A stretch of 55,910 nucleotides of DNA from a virus (Duplodnaviria > Caudoviricetes), in IMG/VR virus record IMGVR_UViG_3300008267_009201, positions 1 through 55,910 of that record; one strand, written 5' to 3'. Below, piece by piece: positions 1 to 7,832 of the stretch. Numbering within the stretch: the first letter of the stretch is position 1; the number at the start of each line of letters is the position of its first letter. A model generated the notes under the pieces. It made no database searches, was not told the DNA's origin, and saw only the letters and a list, made by a program, of their open reading frames with translations. The translations under genes were made by a program, and so were the position numbers.

Positions 1-1
1 T

Positions 2-289
2 ATTGAAAGAGTAGGTACTTTAGCTGGTCGTTACCAAGTTTATCGTGACCCATACTTCCCAGCAAACCAAGTGTTGATTGGACATAAAGGTACATCTTTA
101 TTGGATACTGGATACATCTACGCTCCATACGTACCACTTCAGTTGACTCCAACTATGTACAACCCATTCAACTTTACACCTATCAAAGGTATCATGACAC
201 GTTACGCTAAGAAGATGGTTAACAACCGTTTCTACGGACGTATCACAGTTGACGGAGTACGTACATTCGACTTACAAGAACTTAGATAA
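2..289 (+). CDS. Major capsid protein, C-terminal part (T4 gp23-like), 5'-truncated by the window edge
   Basis: The frame is open from nt 2 (IERVGTLAGRYQVYRDPYFP...GYIYAPYVPLQLTP...FTPIKGIMTRYA), matching gp23-family C-terminal motifs (G-x-L-x-GR..VY.DPY, YAPYVPL, TRY). Confidence 0.92.
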   Translation: MERVGTLAGRYQVYRDPYFPANQVLIGHKGTSLLDTGYIYAPYVPLQLTPTMYNPFNFTPIKGIMTRYAKKMVNNRFYGRITVDGVRTFDLQELR

Positions 290-308
290 TCTTATCTAAT
301 GTGAATAT

Positions 309-337
309 AAAAAGGTCAGAGAAATCTGACCTTTTTT
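309..337 (+). terminator. Rho-independent terminator after the capsid gene (possibly bidirectional)
   Basis: aaaaaggtcaga-GAAA-tctgaccttttt: perfect stem, GNRA loop, T-run on the 3' side and A-run on the 5' side. Confidence 0.88.
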
Positions 338-363
338 ATTATACTAAACTCTAACATGAGCAT

Positions 364-386
364 AAAAAAAGGGACAAAAGTCCCTT
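364..386 (-). terminator. Terminator for the - strand genes ending at 407
   Basis: aagggac-aaaa-gtccctt hairpin preceded by an A-run, which is a U-tail on the - strand. Confidence 0.7.
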
Positions 387-406
387 AAATTTTTTATTTA
401 ATTTTT

Positions 407-1174
407 TTAAGATAAACTATTCATAATACCCTCAATTTTAGATGCACTTCTTGACACCGCACTGTTTCTTCTTGACTGTATCGCAACTTTTTTAAGTTCA
501 GGAATTGATGTATTACCTTGTTCAACTTCTTTATTTATTGCGTTCGCAAATTTTTGAAAAAATCCAGAACCATTCCAAGACGCATATATAAAATGAAATA
601 ATAATCCATTACTTTTTTTGACAATTTTTTGAGATTCAGGAGATAAGTATTTTTCAAATAACTTATTAAAATGCGGCTCCATTATTTTTACAACCAAATC
701 TTTTAGTCTTTGTTCTAAATTTCCTCCTCTAAAATAATGTTTCCAAATTTTTCTATTTTTATTTTTATCAATAGTATCCCAAAACTCAACCCCTGCGGTA
801 CTTGTGTTTAAGGTACCACCATGTTTTCTATCAATTCCAAACATAGTCTCACCTGAGTCTCCCATACCTGATGACTTGTGCCATTGTGGATTATAATATC
901 CTCCTTCTAATTTATCGATAACTAACTCAGTCATTTTTTTAAAATCACCTGAGACGGTACCAAACGAATTATCTAAATTAGGTTCATCTGGGGTGATTGA
1001 AGTGTCTTTACTATCCTTATCGTCTTTTTTTGTAAATTTACCACTTACTCTTTGTTTAACTCTATCTAATATTGCCTTTATAAAACTATCTTGAGTTGGT
1101 TCAATATCTTCTTGCTCGTTAATTTTAGAATTAACAATTTTTTTTAATTGTTCTTCAGTTATTTTTATTTTCAT
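407..1174 (-). CDS. Putative lysozyme-like peptidoglycan hydrolase (GH108-like) with N-terminal leader
   Basis: LEGGYYNP...GDSGETMFGID resembles the GH108 EGGY...GG-T--GI motif; N-terminus MKIKITEEQLKKIV..KINE. Confidence 0.7.
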   Translation of the reverse strand: MKIKITEEQLKKIVNSKINEQEDIEPTQDSFIKAILDRVKQRVSGKFTKKDDKDSKDTSITPDEPNLDNSFGTVSGDFKKMTELVIDKLEGGYYNPQWHKSSGMGDSGETMFGIDRKHGGTLNTSTAGVEFWDTIDKNKNRKIWKHYFRGGNLEQRLKDLVVKIMEPHFNKLFEKYLSPESQKIVKKSNGLLFHFIYASWNGSGFFQKFANAINKEVEQGNTSIPELKKVAIQSRRNSAVSRSASKIEGIMNSLS

Positions 1175-1204
1175 ATCTTATCTCCAAATTTTTCATAAAA
1201 GTAT

Positions 1205-2569
1205 TTAAGAATTGCAAAATTCATATGTGCCAATTAGACCAACTAATTTTAAATTCCCATCTTGAGCATAATTCCAAGTTTCTCTCCCACCTTGTGAAAA
1301 TCCTGCGATTGATGATACTACTCCTCCAAATTTTTCTTTTACGTATTTCTTTACGTTATTTAAATTATTATAATGGTGAGTAATTACAATTATCTTATTA
1401 TTACTGTAAGGTTTTAAATAAGGTATGTATTTCTCCATTGCCGAACGATTTGCAGTACCTTTAGAATATCCTGAAGTGTGAGCTCCACCAAATAAAACGT
1501 GTACTTGATTTCCTTTATATGAATCTGACTTAATAATTACATATTCGTTATCACCAGTTATTTCTGAATTAGTTTGAGATGGTTTGGATTGAACCTTTTT
1601 AGGGTCAAGTAATCTTTCTAATGTTTTATTGTCAACTGATGACGATACGGTTAGTGATTGGTCTTCTTGGAAAGTCTCTAAAGCCTTTTTAGTTTTAGGA
1701 CCAAATAAACCATCAACACCACACTTACCTAAGTCGTAGTTCAATCTGTTAAGAATGTTTTGAATTTCGGTCACTGGTGAACCCATATGACCAATTCTCA
1801 TTACCACATCACCTTTTTTAATTTGTTCTAAAGTCGGAGACTGTGAGTAAGACTTTGTAGGTTGACATCCTGACTTTTTAAATTGTTTAACTGTTTCTTT
1901 TTCAAGTTTAGGGTCAACCTTATCACTCTTATAATAATCATCAATTTTTGAATCAGGAATTTTGTCTTTTACTTGGGTACCTGAAGATTCTCCTCCAACA
2001 TAATATAAATGCCAAGGTTCAGCTTTACGTAAAACCCCATCAGATGGGTATGATACTTTAAATCCAAATTTACCACAGTTGTCAGCAACCCATTTCTTAA
2101 CATCAGAATTTTGGTTCCACCAACTAGGTTCAACACTTATAATATCAAAAGTTTTACCTGTGTGGTGTTGTGAGAATCCAGGTAACGCAGAATATCTTTG
2201 TCTTTTACTAACACCACCATCTCTCACAATTTTACCACCAAAAGTATCAACCTGTTTATCATAACTTCTATATGACGAAACAACACCTTTATTTACATTT
2301 GGGAAAGTCTGTTTGAGTTTACTAATTAATTTATTAATTTGTTTTCTCGCCGTCGAATCTTCACCACCGTTATCTTCGTAATATTGACCTTCTTGTTTTA
2401 ATTCATCATTAACGTTAGAATCAGTAATTGTAACATTGTATTTTGATTCAACACGGGATAAAGCAGATTTTATATCAGAAGGTAAATCTTTGTTAACTTT
2501 TTCAATTAACAAACCATATTTTTTTAAAATATCATTTTTTTCAGATTCAGAAATAATCAACTTTCCCAT
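1205..2569 (-). CDS. Multidomain cell-wall enzyme: M15B/VanY-like Zn peptidase, PG_binding_1 domain and truncated alpha/beta-hydrolase
   Basis: SSYRS..Q, PGFSQHHTGKTFD and EPWH are M15B motifs; VDGLFGPKTKKALETFQ is a PG-binding motif; GFSQGG nucleophile elbow near the C-terminus. Confidence 0.85.
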   Translation of the reverse strand: MGKLIISESEKNDILKKYGLLIEKVNKDLPSDIKSALSRVESKYNVTITDSNVNDELKQEGQYYEDNGGEDSTARKQINKLISKLKQTFPNVNKGVVSSYRSYDKQVDTFGGKIVRDGGVSKRQRYSALPGFSQHHTGKTFDIISVEPSWWNQNSDVKKWVADNCGKFGFKVSYPSDGVLRKAEPWHLYYVGGESSGTQVKDKIPDSKIDDYYKSDKVDPKLEKETVKQFKKSGCQPTKSYSQSPTLEQIKKGDVVMRIGHMGSPVTEIQNILNRLNYDLGKCGVDGLFGPKTKKALETFQEDQSLTVSSSVDNKTLERLLDPKKVQSKPSQTNSEITGDNEYVIIKSDSYKGNQVHVLFGGAHTSGYSKGTANRSAMEKYIPYLKPYSNNKIIVITHHYNNLNNVKKYVKEKFGGVVSSIAGFSQGGRETWNYAQDGNLKLVGLIGTYEFCNS

Positions 2570-2572
2570 TAT

Positions 2573-2785
2573 TTATAAATATCTAATCAGTACAGAAATG
2601 AATTCTGCCTCCGATAAACTATAAATACCTTGTTTATAGGAATAATTTAATATACGTCTAATCAAATCTTTTTTTTGAGTGTCTGATAAATTTGATATTA
2701 ATGGAGATAAATCTTCGTTTGGATTATAATTAATTGTTTCAAAGATAGTTTGATTAAGTATTTTTTCTTCATGAGTATTATCCAT
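2573..2785 (-). CDS. Hypothetical protein
   Basis: 70-aa ORF packed between genes, with a TATTTAT element upstream on the - strand. Confidence 0.65.
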   Translation of the reverse strand: MDNTHEEKILNQTIFETINYNPNEDLSPLISNLSDTQKKDLIRRILNYSYKQGIYSLSEAEFISVLIRYL

Positions 2786-2793
2786 AGACGATA

Positions 2794-2807
2794 TATTTAT
2801 ATAAATA
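2794..2807. promoter_or_regulatory. Palindromic back-to-back TATTTAT elements (putative bidirectional phage late promoter)
   Basis: TATTTATATAAATA is a perfect 14-bp palindrome between the divergent genes starting at 2785 (-) and 2823 (+). Confidence 0.55.
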
Positions 2808-2822
2808 ATAACATTATTAAAA

Positions 2823-4133
2823 ATGAAAGAAACCCACCTAATAAAAAAAATTAGAGAAATAATTAAAGAGACTAGTTCGGCTTCAGCTTCAGGGTTTTAT
2901 AATATACCATTAAGTCCTGGATTAAGAATATGGAAGAAAAAACAACTTGGTGCGTTTACTGAAAAACTTAATGGGTACGATAATGCGGAATTATATGTTG
3001 ATGCATTAGACGGTAATATTGACACCAAAAATGCAGCAGAAAAAGAAAAAGTATCTGAAAAGATATCTAAGTATTATGAAGAACACCCAACTCAAAATGA
3101 CGATGATGGGGACATATTAAATGATTTTTCAGGAGATATAAAAGAGGCGACTTCCGGATATGGTGGAGAATATAATCCCCCATTAACTTTTGGAAATATG
3201 GAATGGGACGAACATTTAGTTGCACCATTTATAAATCACTCTTCACATGACCATAATGAAAAAGTCATTAAAAAAGAACTACAAGGTAAAATAAAATTTA
3301 AACATAGTGGTCACGTTGAAAAGGACCATCCAAAAAAAGGTAAAATAAAAAAATTAATAACACCCAAAGAAAATAAAGACGTTGTTAGTGAAGATTTAGC
3401 GGTTTGGTTTGGTAAGAAAAAGAAACCAAAAGGTAGTAAACAACCCAAAGGTCCTTGGGTAAATATTTGTAAAAAAGTTGATGGTAAACACCCACCTTGT
3501 GGTAGACCAAAGGCAACAGACCGAGCGTATCCTAAATGTCGAGCTGCGGGAGTTGCAGGTAAAATGTCAGACTCTGCAAAAAGAAATGCGTGTCAACAAA
3601 AAAGAAGAGCTGAAAAAACACACCCTAAATCAGGTACAGGAAACAAACCAAAAATGGTTTCCCATAAAACAAATGAAAATATGTCAAAAAAAATTAAAAT
3701 AACCGAGTCACAATTAAAAAATTTAGTACATTACCTTAACGAAGAAACCACGTTACCAATAACTCTTTCATGTATGGAGCCCGATAACCCAAATTCACCA
3801 GGTATCCAATTTAAAAATTTAAAATTTGTAAATAAATCTACAAATCAGGTTGGAAATAAACAAGAAACAACTTTTGTGTTTGATAAAACGAGTATGGAGG
3901 CGTATCAACAAGAATCGGGACAACAAAAATTTACAACAATTAAAATTGAAAATCCTGAATTATCAAAAGTTCTTGAACAAAGAGGTTTTAAAAACGCATC
4001 AAGTTTTAATTTCTTAAAGACTTATCATTTAAATAGAAAATATTATTGTGGAGTTTCCTTTAATAAAGATAACGATTCATCAGATACTTTTGCAAAAACA
4101 AATAATCTTGTTTCAGTCAAACCAACAAAATAA
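2823..4133 (+). CDS. Modular hypothetical protein, probably an internal head protein or polyprotein
   Basis: Segments begin after I/V-x-E (IKE-TSSASASGFYNIPL, IKE-ATSGYGGEYNPPL, VSE-DLAVWF); basic Cys-rich module (KHPPCGR..YPKC); a second leader MSKKIKITESQLK at 3681. Confidence 0.7.
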   Translation: MKETHLIKKIREIIKETSSASASGFYNIPLSPGLRIWKKKQLGAFTEKLNGYDNAELYVDALDGNIDTKNAAEKEKVSEKISKYYEEHPTQNDDDGDILNDFSGDIKEATSGYGGEYNPPLTFGNMEWDEHLVAPFINHSSHDHNEKVIKKELQGKIKFKHSGHVEKDHPKKGKIKKLITPKENKDVVSEDLAVWFGKKKKPKGSKQPKGPWVNICKKVDGKHPPCGRPKATDRAYPKCRAAGVAGKMSDSAKRNACQQKRRAEKTHPKSGTGNKPKMVSHKTNENMSKKIKITESQLKNLVHYLNEETTLPITLSCMEPDNPNSPGIQFKNLKFVNKSTNQVGNKQETTFVFDKTSMEAYQQESGQQKFTTIKIENPELSKVLEQRGFKNASSFNFLKTYHLNRKYYCGVSFNKDNDSSDTFAKTNNLVSVKPTK

Positions 4134-4135
4134 TA

Positions 4136-4396
4136 CTATTTTGTTGTTAAAGAATCTAATTTTTGTAAATCTTCGTCACTCACAAAGTATAGTCCAACAA
4201 ACTTGTCAAATTCACTTTTAGGTAATGTTTTAAGGTGTCTTGCCAATGTTTGTTGAGAATACCAATCATCGGAGTGTGCCTCTTGTTTTTGAATTACACA
4301 AGTTTTTGTGTTTTTACAACATTTTTTATTTGTAACACAAGAAGATAAAAATATTACTGATAATAGAACAAATAAAAATTTGATAGATGATTTCAT
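4136..4396 (-). CDS. Putative lipoprotein
   Basis: MKSSIKFLFVLLSVIFLSS-C is a signal peptide II with lipobox; the 4396 start is preferred because TATTTAT lies 4 nt upstream. Confidence 0.7.
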   Translation of the reverse strand: MKSSIKFLFVLLSVIFLSSCVTNKKCCKNTKTCVIQKQEAHSDDWYSQQTLARHLKTLPKSEFDKFVGLYFVSDEDLQKLDSLTTK

Positions 4397-4470
4397 ATTC
4401 ATAAATATTTAAGTTTATATTGTAAAGTTACATTAAAATTCCCGTTGTACAAAATATTTATTAAAATAAA

Positions 4471-4863
4471 ATGAAAGTTTGTTTAAAATACCCCAAAAAG
4501 ACTTTAACTAATAAAGAATTAAAAGTTCTTGGTGAATTTATTACTTTATTACAAAAAATAATGCCACTTTCAGGTGAAATAAATATATCATTATTAAATG
4601 AAAGAATTGGTAAAATGACAACAGGTTCTTATAAAAACAGTGAACACAGAATTAAAGTTTTAATTAAAAATAGATTACTCGCGGATATGTTAAGAACTTT
4701 ATCACACGAATGGGGACATGCGTTTGATAGAGAACACATAAATTTTAAAGATAGAAGAGATGTTGGTGGCGAATCTGAAAATTTTGCAAATGCGATATCA
4801 GGAGCGGTTACTAAACACTTCATCAAAAAAAATCCAAAGATTGAAAAAGTGGTTTTTGAGTAA
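4471..4863 (+). CDS. HExxH zinc metallopeptidase-like protein (ImmA/IrrE-like fold)
   Basis: RTLSHEWGH followed by E-x-x-A-N (ENFAN). Confidence 0.7.
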   Translation: MKVCLKYPKKTLTNKELKVLGEFITLLQKIMPLSGEINISLLNERIGKMTTGSYKNSEHRIKVLIKNRLLADMLRTLSHEWGHAFDREHINFKDRRDVGGESENFANAISGAVTKHFIKKNPKIEKVVFE

Positions 4864-5262
4864 TTAATTACAAATTTTAGAATAGATAGTCTCTAAAGAA
4901 TGTTTAATTTGAATGTCCAAATCTTTCTCCATTTGTAAAGCTCTTTCCTCCATCTCCTTTTTAAAGAAATCCTTCAATTTTGACCAATCTATGTCAGGTA
5001 ATTTGATAAAGTAACTGTAAGTATGGTTAGTGATTGTTACTTCACCTTCTTCCATAGTGATAAAAATACCATATTGTTCGTTCTTAATGTATTTTTTTCT
5101 TGAGATTGGGGCAATTAACAATTCTGAATTTGGATTATGAATTAATCTTCTACAGATTGCGGTACATTGGTTAATACGTGTTCTTTGTAACTTTCTTAGT
5201 TCGGTTTCACCTACATTTCTAACGAAAATTTTGTAACGAGCAATTAATCTTTTAAGTGACAT
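4864..5262 (-). CDS. Hypothetical protein
   Basis: 132-aa ORF with a Bacteroidota-type promoter upstream. Confidence 0.7.
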   Translation of the reverse strand: MSLKRLIARYKIFVRNVGETELRKLQRTRINQCTAICRRLIHNPNSELLIAPISRKKYIKNEQYGIFITMEEGEVTITNHTYSYFIKLPDIDWSKLKDFFKKEMEERALQMEKDLDIQIKHSLETIYSKICN

Positions 5263-5282
5263 GGTTTATTTGTTTATGTCTA

Positions 5283-5290
5283 CAAAGATA
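5283..5290 (-). promoter_or_regulatory. Bacteroidota-type -7 promoter element
   Basis: TATCTTTG on the - strand matches TAnnTTTG, 20 nt upstream of the 5262 ATG. Confidence 0.55.
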
Positions 5291-5306
5291 TAACAAAAAT
5301 TTTATT

Positions 5307-5810
5307 TTAACAATAAGGTGGTGAACATTTTTTCTTACCGTCTAATCCTGGCATTCTACCTTTACACACTTGTACTGCGTAACCGTTAGCGTAGGCACTT
5401 GGGTAAACTTTAAACTTTGACTTTGCCGCGGATTTACCACGAGAACATAATTTTGTTCCTGACTTTTTACGACCTTCATTCATTTGGTACATTGACAATG
5501 CTTGGTCAGGATTTTTTTCAGTCATCGCTAAATCATCAATAATATTGTCATCTTCCATAACCTCTTCAGATTTCCACATATCACCACTTTTAGTTTCATT
5601 CATTAAAAAATCAAATACTTGGTCCATATTGTTTTTTGCCTCGGCAATATGGTCCTGAGCCCAATCGTGACCGTTTGATAATATTTCCTCAACCATTTTA
5701 TGGTCTAAATCCAACAATAGTCCACATTGTCTTCTCATCTGTTCTAAATTACTGAAAAACATATATCTTTCAGATTCTTCTTTTAAAATTTTTTTAATTA
5801 ATTTTTCCAT
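5307..5810 (-). CDS. Hypothetical two-module protein, probably an internal head protein
   Basis: Leader MEKLIKKILKEE; helical module (DWAQDHIAEAK); basic C-terminal module KFKVYPSAYANGYAVQVCKG after MNE. Confidence 0.7.
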   Translation of the reverse strand: MEKLIKKILKEESERYMFFSNLEQMRRQCGLLLDLDHKMVEEILSNGHDWAQDHIAEAKNNMDQVFDFLMNETKSGDMWKSEEVMEDDNIIDDLAMTEKNPDQALSMYQMNEGRKKSGTKLCSRGKSAAKSKFKVYPSAYANGYAVQVCKGRMPGLDGKKKCSPPYC

Positions 5811-5811
5811 A

Positions 5812-6318
5812 TTACCCTTTTAATTCTTCTTTTAATTGGTCACAAATTATAGATAAGAAAGATTCAATTTCTCTTTCTAATCCTTCATATTTTTCAAATA
5901 AGTTTTCACCTTCTTCGGATTCAAAATTACATACCGAATAATCCCCATCAGATGTACAGTATATTTCACCGTAAAATTCGTCACTACCTATTGTAAAGTA
6001 TCCTGAATGAATAATCTCATCCAATCTTTGTTCGGTTACTTCATATTTGAATGACATTTTTGGTATTCCTGGTGCTCCGTCAAAATTCCAAACTTCACCT
6101 GTCTGAACTAATTCTTTTGATGATGTTAATTCTTCATCATCTAAAAATTCATTAGTTAATGAATAATGGTCTAAATAGTTTTTTTCTTTGTCTGTTAACG
6201 ATTTCATACCTGAAGAATTAATCTTATCAAGTATTGCGTCAATTTCTTCCATACCCTCATTTAAAAAGTTATCAATTATGAATTTTAATTGAGATTCTTT
6301 TAATATTAACTTCTTCAT
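5812..6318 (-). CDS. Hypothetical protein with DUF6576-like module
   Basis: Leader MKKLILKESQLK..FLNE, then EIDAILDKINSSGMKSLTDKEKNYL. Confidence 0.65.
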   Translation of the reverse strand: MKKLILKESQLKFIIDNFLNEGMEEIDAILDKINSSGMKSLTDKEKNYLDHYSLTNEFLDDEELTSSKELVQTGEVWNFDGAPGIPKMSFKYEVTEQRLDEIIHSGYFTIGSDEFYGEIYCTSDGDYSVCNFESEEGENLFEKYEGLEREIESFLSIICDQLKEELKG

Positions 6319-7808
6319 TTTTTATTAACTATTTGAAACTTTAATGTTCTTTTATAAGTATCCACTTCACCTGATGTTAACACCTTAATATCTACAAAAT
6401 ATTCATTTGGTATCTTATCTCTAGTGTCGAAAATAAAATAATATTCATTTGGAGTTCGGTTAATTTGGGTCCAATCTTGTACTTGAACTTCTGTTTGACC
6501 TTCTCTGACATATATTCTATAATATGCGTTAACTTTTTGTAAAAGTTCGTTCGTTGAATATGCCTTTTTGATTATTACTCCAACTTTTCTTATGTCGGTG
6601 TTTAATATTTTCTCATCTTGTTTAATTCCGTAAAAATCAAATCCAAACAAATCAGGGTCTTTACTCTGTATTCCTACTTGAAAAGATTGCGCAAATGGTA
6701 AGGCAACAAAGTCGTTAGTAATTGAGGGTAGTATATTATTATTGTACTCTAAATTTTTCCAAACATCATTATATGTACATGGGTTGTTAATTGTAATTGA
6801 TGGGATTTCTACTTTATACACTCCTTTTGTAACCAAGCAGGTGGATAAATCTTGAAATAAAACCGTACCTGTATTACTTACAATGTCAACTAATGGGGTG
6901 TTGTCTAAATTTGTAAAATCACCATTAATATATGAGTATAAGTATAAATTGTTTGTGGTATTACCGTAAAAAGAATTTCTATCATCTTCAATTAAATCAT
7001 TATATGTTGTTTCCAAATAAGGTTCGTAAAATGTTTGAGTGTGTCTTGTAAAAAAACCAACCACATAATTTTCAGTTAATCCTGTTAATGTTTCTAAACT
7101 TGGTAAAAATGCAATCCCCCAACCCGCAATTTGAGCACCGTTTAATATTGCATTTATCTCTGAAGTCATATCAAATTCAATATCTTCATTACCAAACTGA
7201 AAATGTTGAGTATCAACAATTGTGATTGCCGAATAATTAATACCATTACCTGTTGCAGAATTAGTATTGTCGTATATTCCTGGAGTTACCCATGGAGTAG
7301 TTGTTGTTAAATTATACCAATTTGAAGGTCTTTCAGAAAATGATTTATCATTTATTTCCTCACTTGGAGTTAAAACTCCTGTTGGAGTATTAGATGTCTT
7401 ATTTGTTGGGTAATAATCGTATCCAACACCTTCATCCCAATTTACAAAATTATTGTTAGTATCGTATGTTGGAGGTATTCTAAATAAAATTAAGTCAAAT
7501 GACGTTGCTCTTTTTACCCCTTCAGAATCCTTCGTATTAAGTAATTCTTCATCAAATGATGAGGTATTAGTCATTCTCAGTGTATGAGTAATTTGTGAGT
7601 TACAATCAGTTGATATTATTCCGTTATTATATTTACCAATTAAATTACTTAAATCTAAACTAAATATAAATCTAGAATAAGACGTGTTTGTAAATGATTC
7701 AGAAGTAGGTCCAAAATAAAGTTGTGTAACAGGATTTCTTCCTGTATTTATATAACTGTTATATAATAATGTATTATTCTTGCTAAAATAAGATTTATGA
7801 ACTGACAT
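6315..7808 (-). CDS. Putative virion structural protein
   Basis: 497 aa, rich in T/N/Y and predicted beta strands; next to the spike-like gene; TATTTAT upstream at 7826-7832. Confidence 0.55.
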   Translation of the reverse strand: MSVHKSYFSKNNTLLYNSYINTGRNPVTQLYFGPTSESFTNTSYSRFIFSLDLSNLIGKYNNGIISTDCNSQITHTLRMTNTSSFDEELLNTKDSEGVKRATSFDLILFRIPPTYDTNNNFVNWDEGVGYDYYPTNKTSNTPTGVLTPSEEINDKSFSERPSNWYNLTTTTPWVTPGIYDNTNSATGNGINYSAITIVDTQHFQFGNEDIEFDMTSEINAILNGAQIAGWGIAFLPSLETLTGLTENYVVGFFTRHTQTFYEPYLETTYNDLIEDDRNSFYGNTTNNLYLYSYINGDFTNLDNTPLVDIVSNTGTVLFQDLSTCLVTKGVYKVEIPSITINNPCTYNDVWKNLEYNNNILPSITNDFVALPFAQSFQVGIQSKDPDLFGFDFYGIKQDEKILNTDIRKVGVIIKKAYSTNELLQKVNAYYRIYVREGQTEVQVQDWTQINRTPNEYYFIFDTRDKIPNEYFVDIKVLTSGEVDTYKRTLKFQIVNKK

Positions 7809-7832
7809 TTATAAATGGTTTATTAATAAATA

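Noticed and set aside
282-299. Inverted repeat ttagataa-tc-ttatctaa over the capsid stop codon
   Set aside because: AT-rich with a 2-nt loop and weak; the adjacent strong terminator already explains the region.
4136-4396. Lipoprotein as an o-spanin
   Set aside because: There is no adjacent i-spanin-like membrane gene, and it is not Pro-rich.
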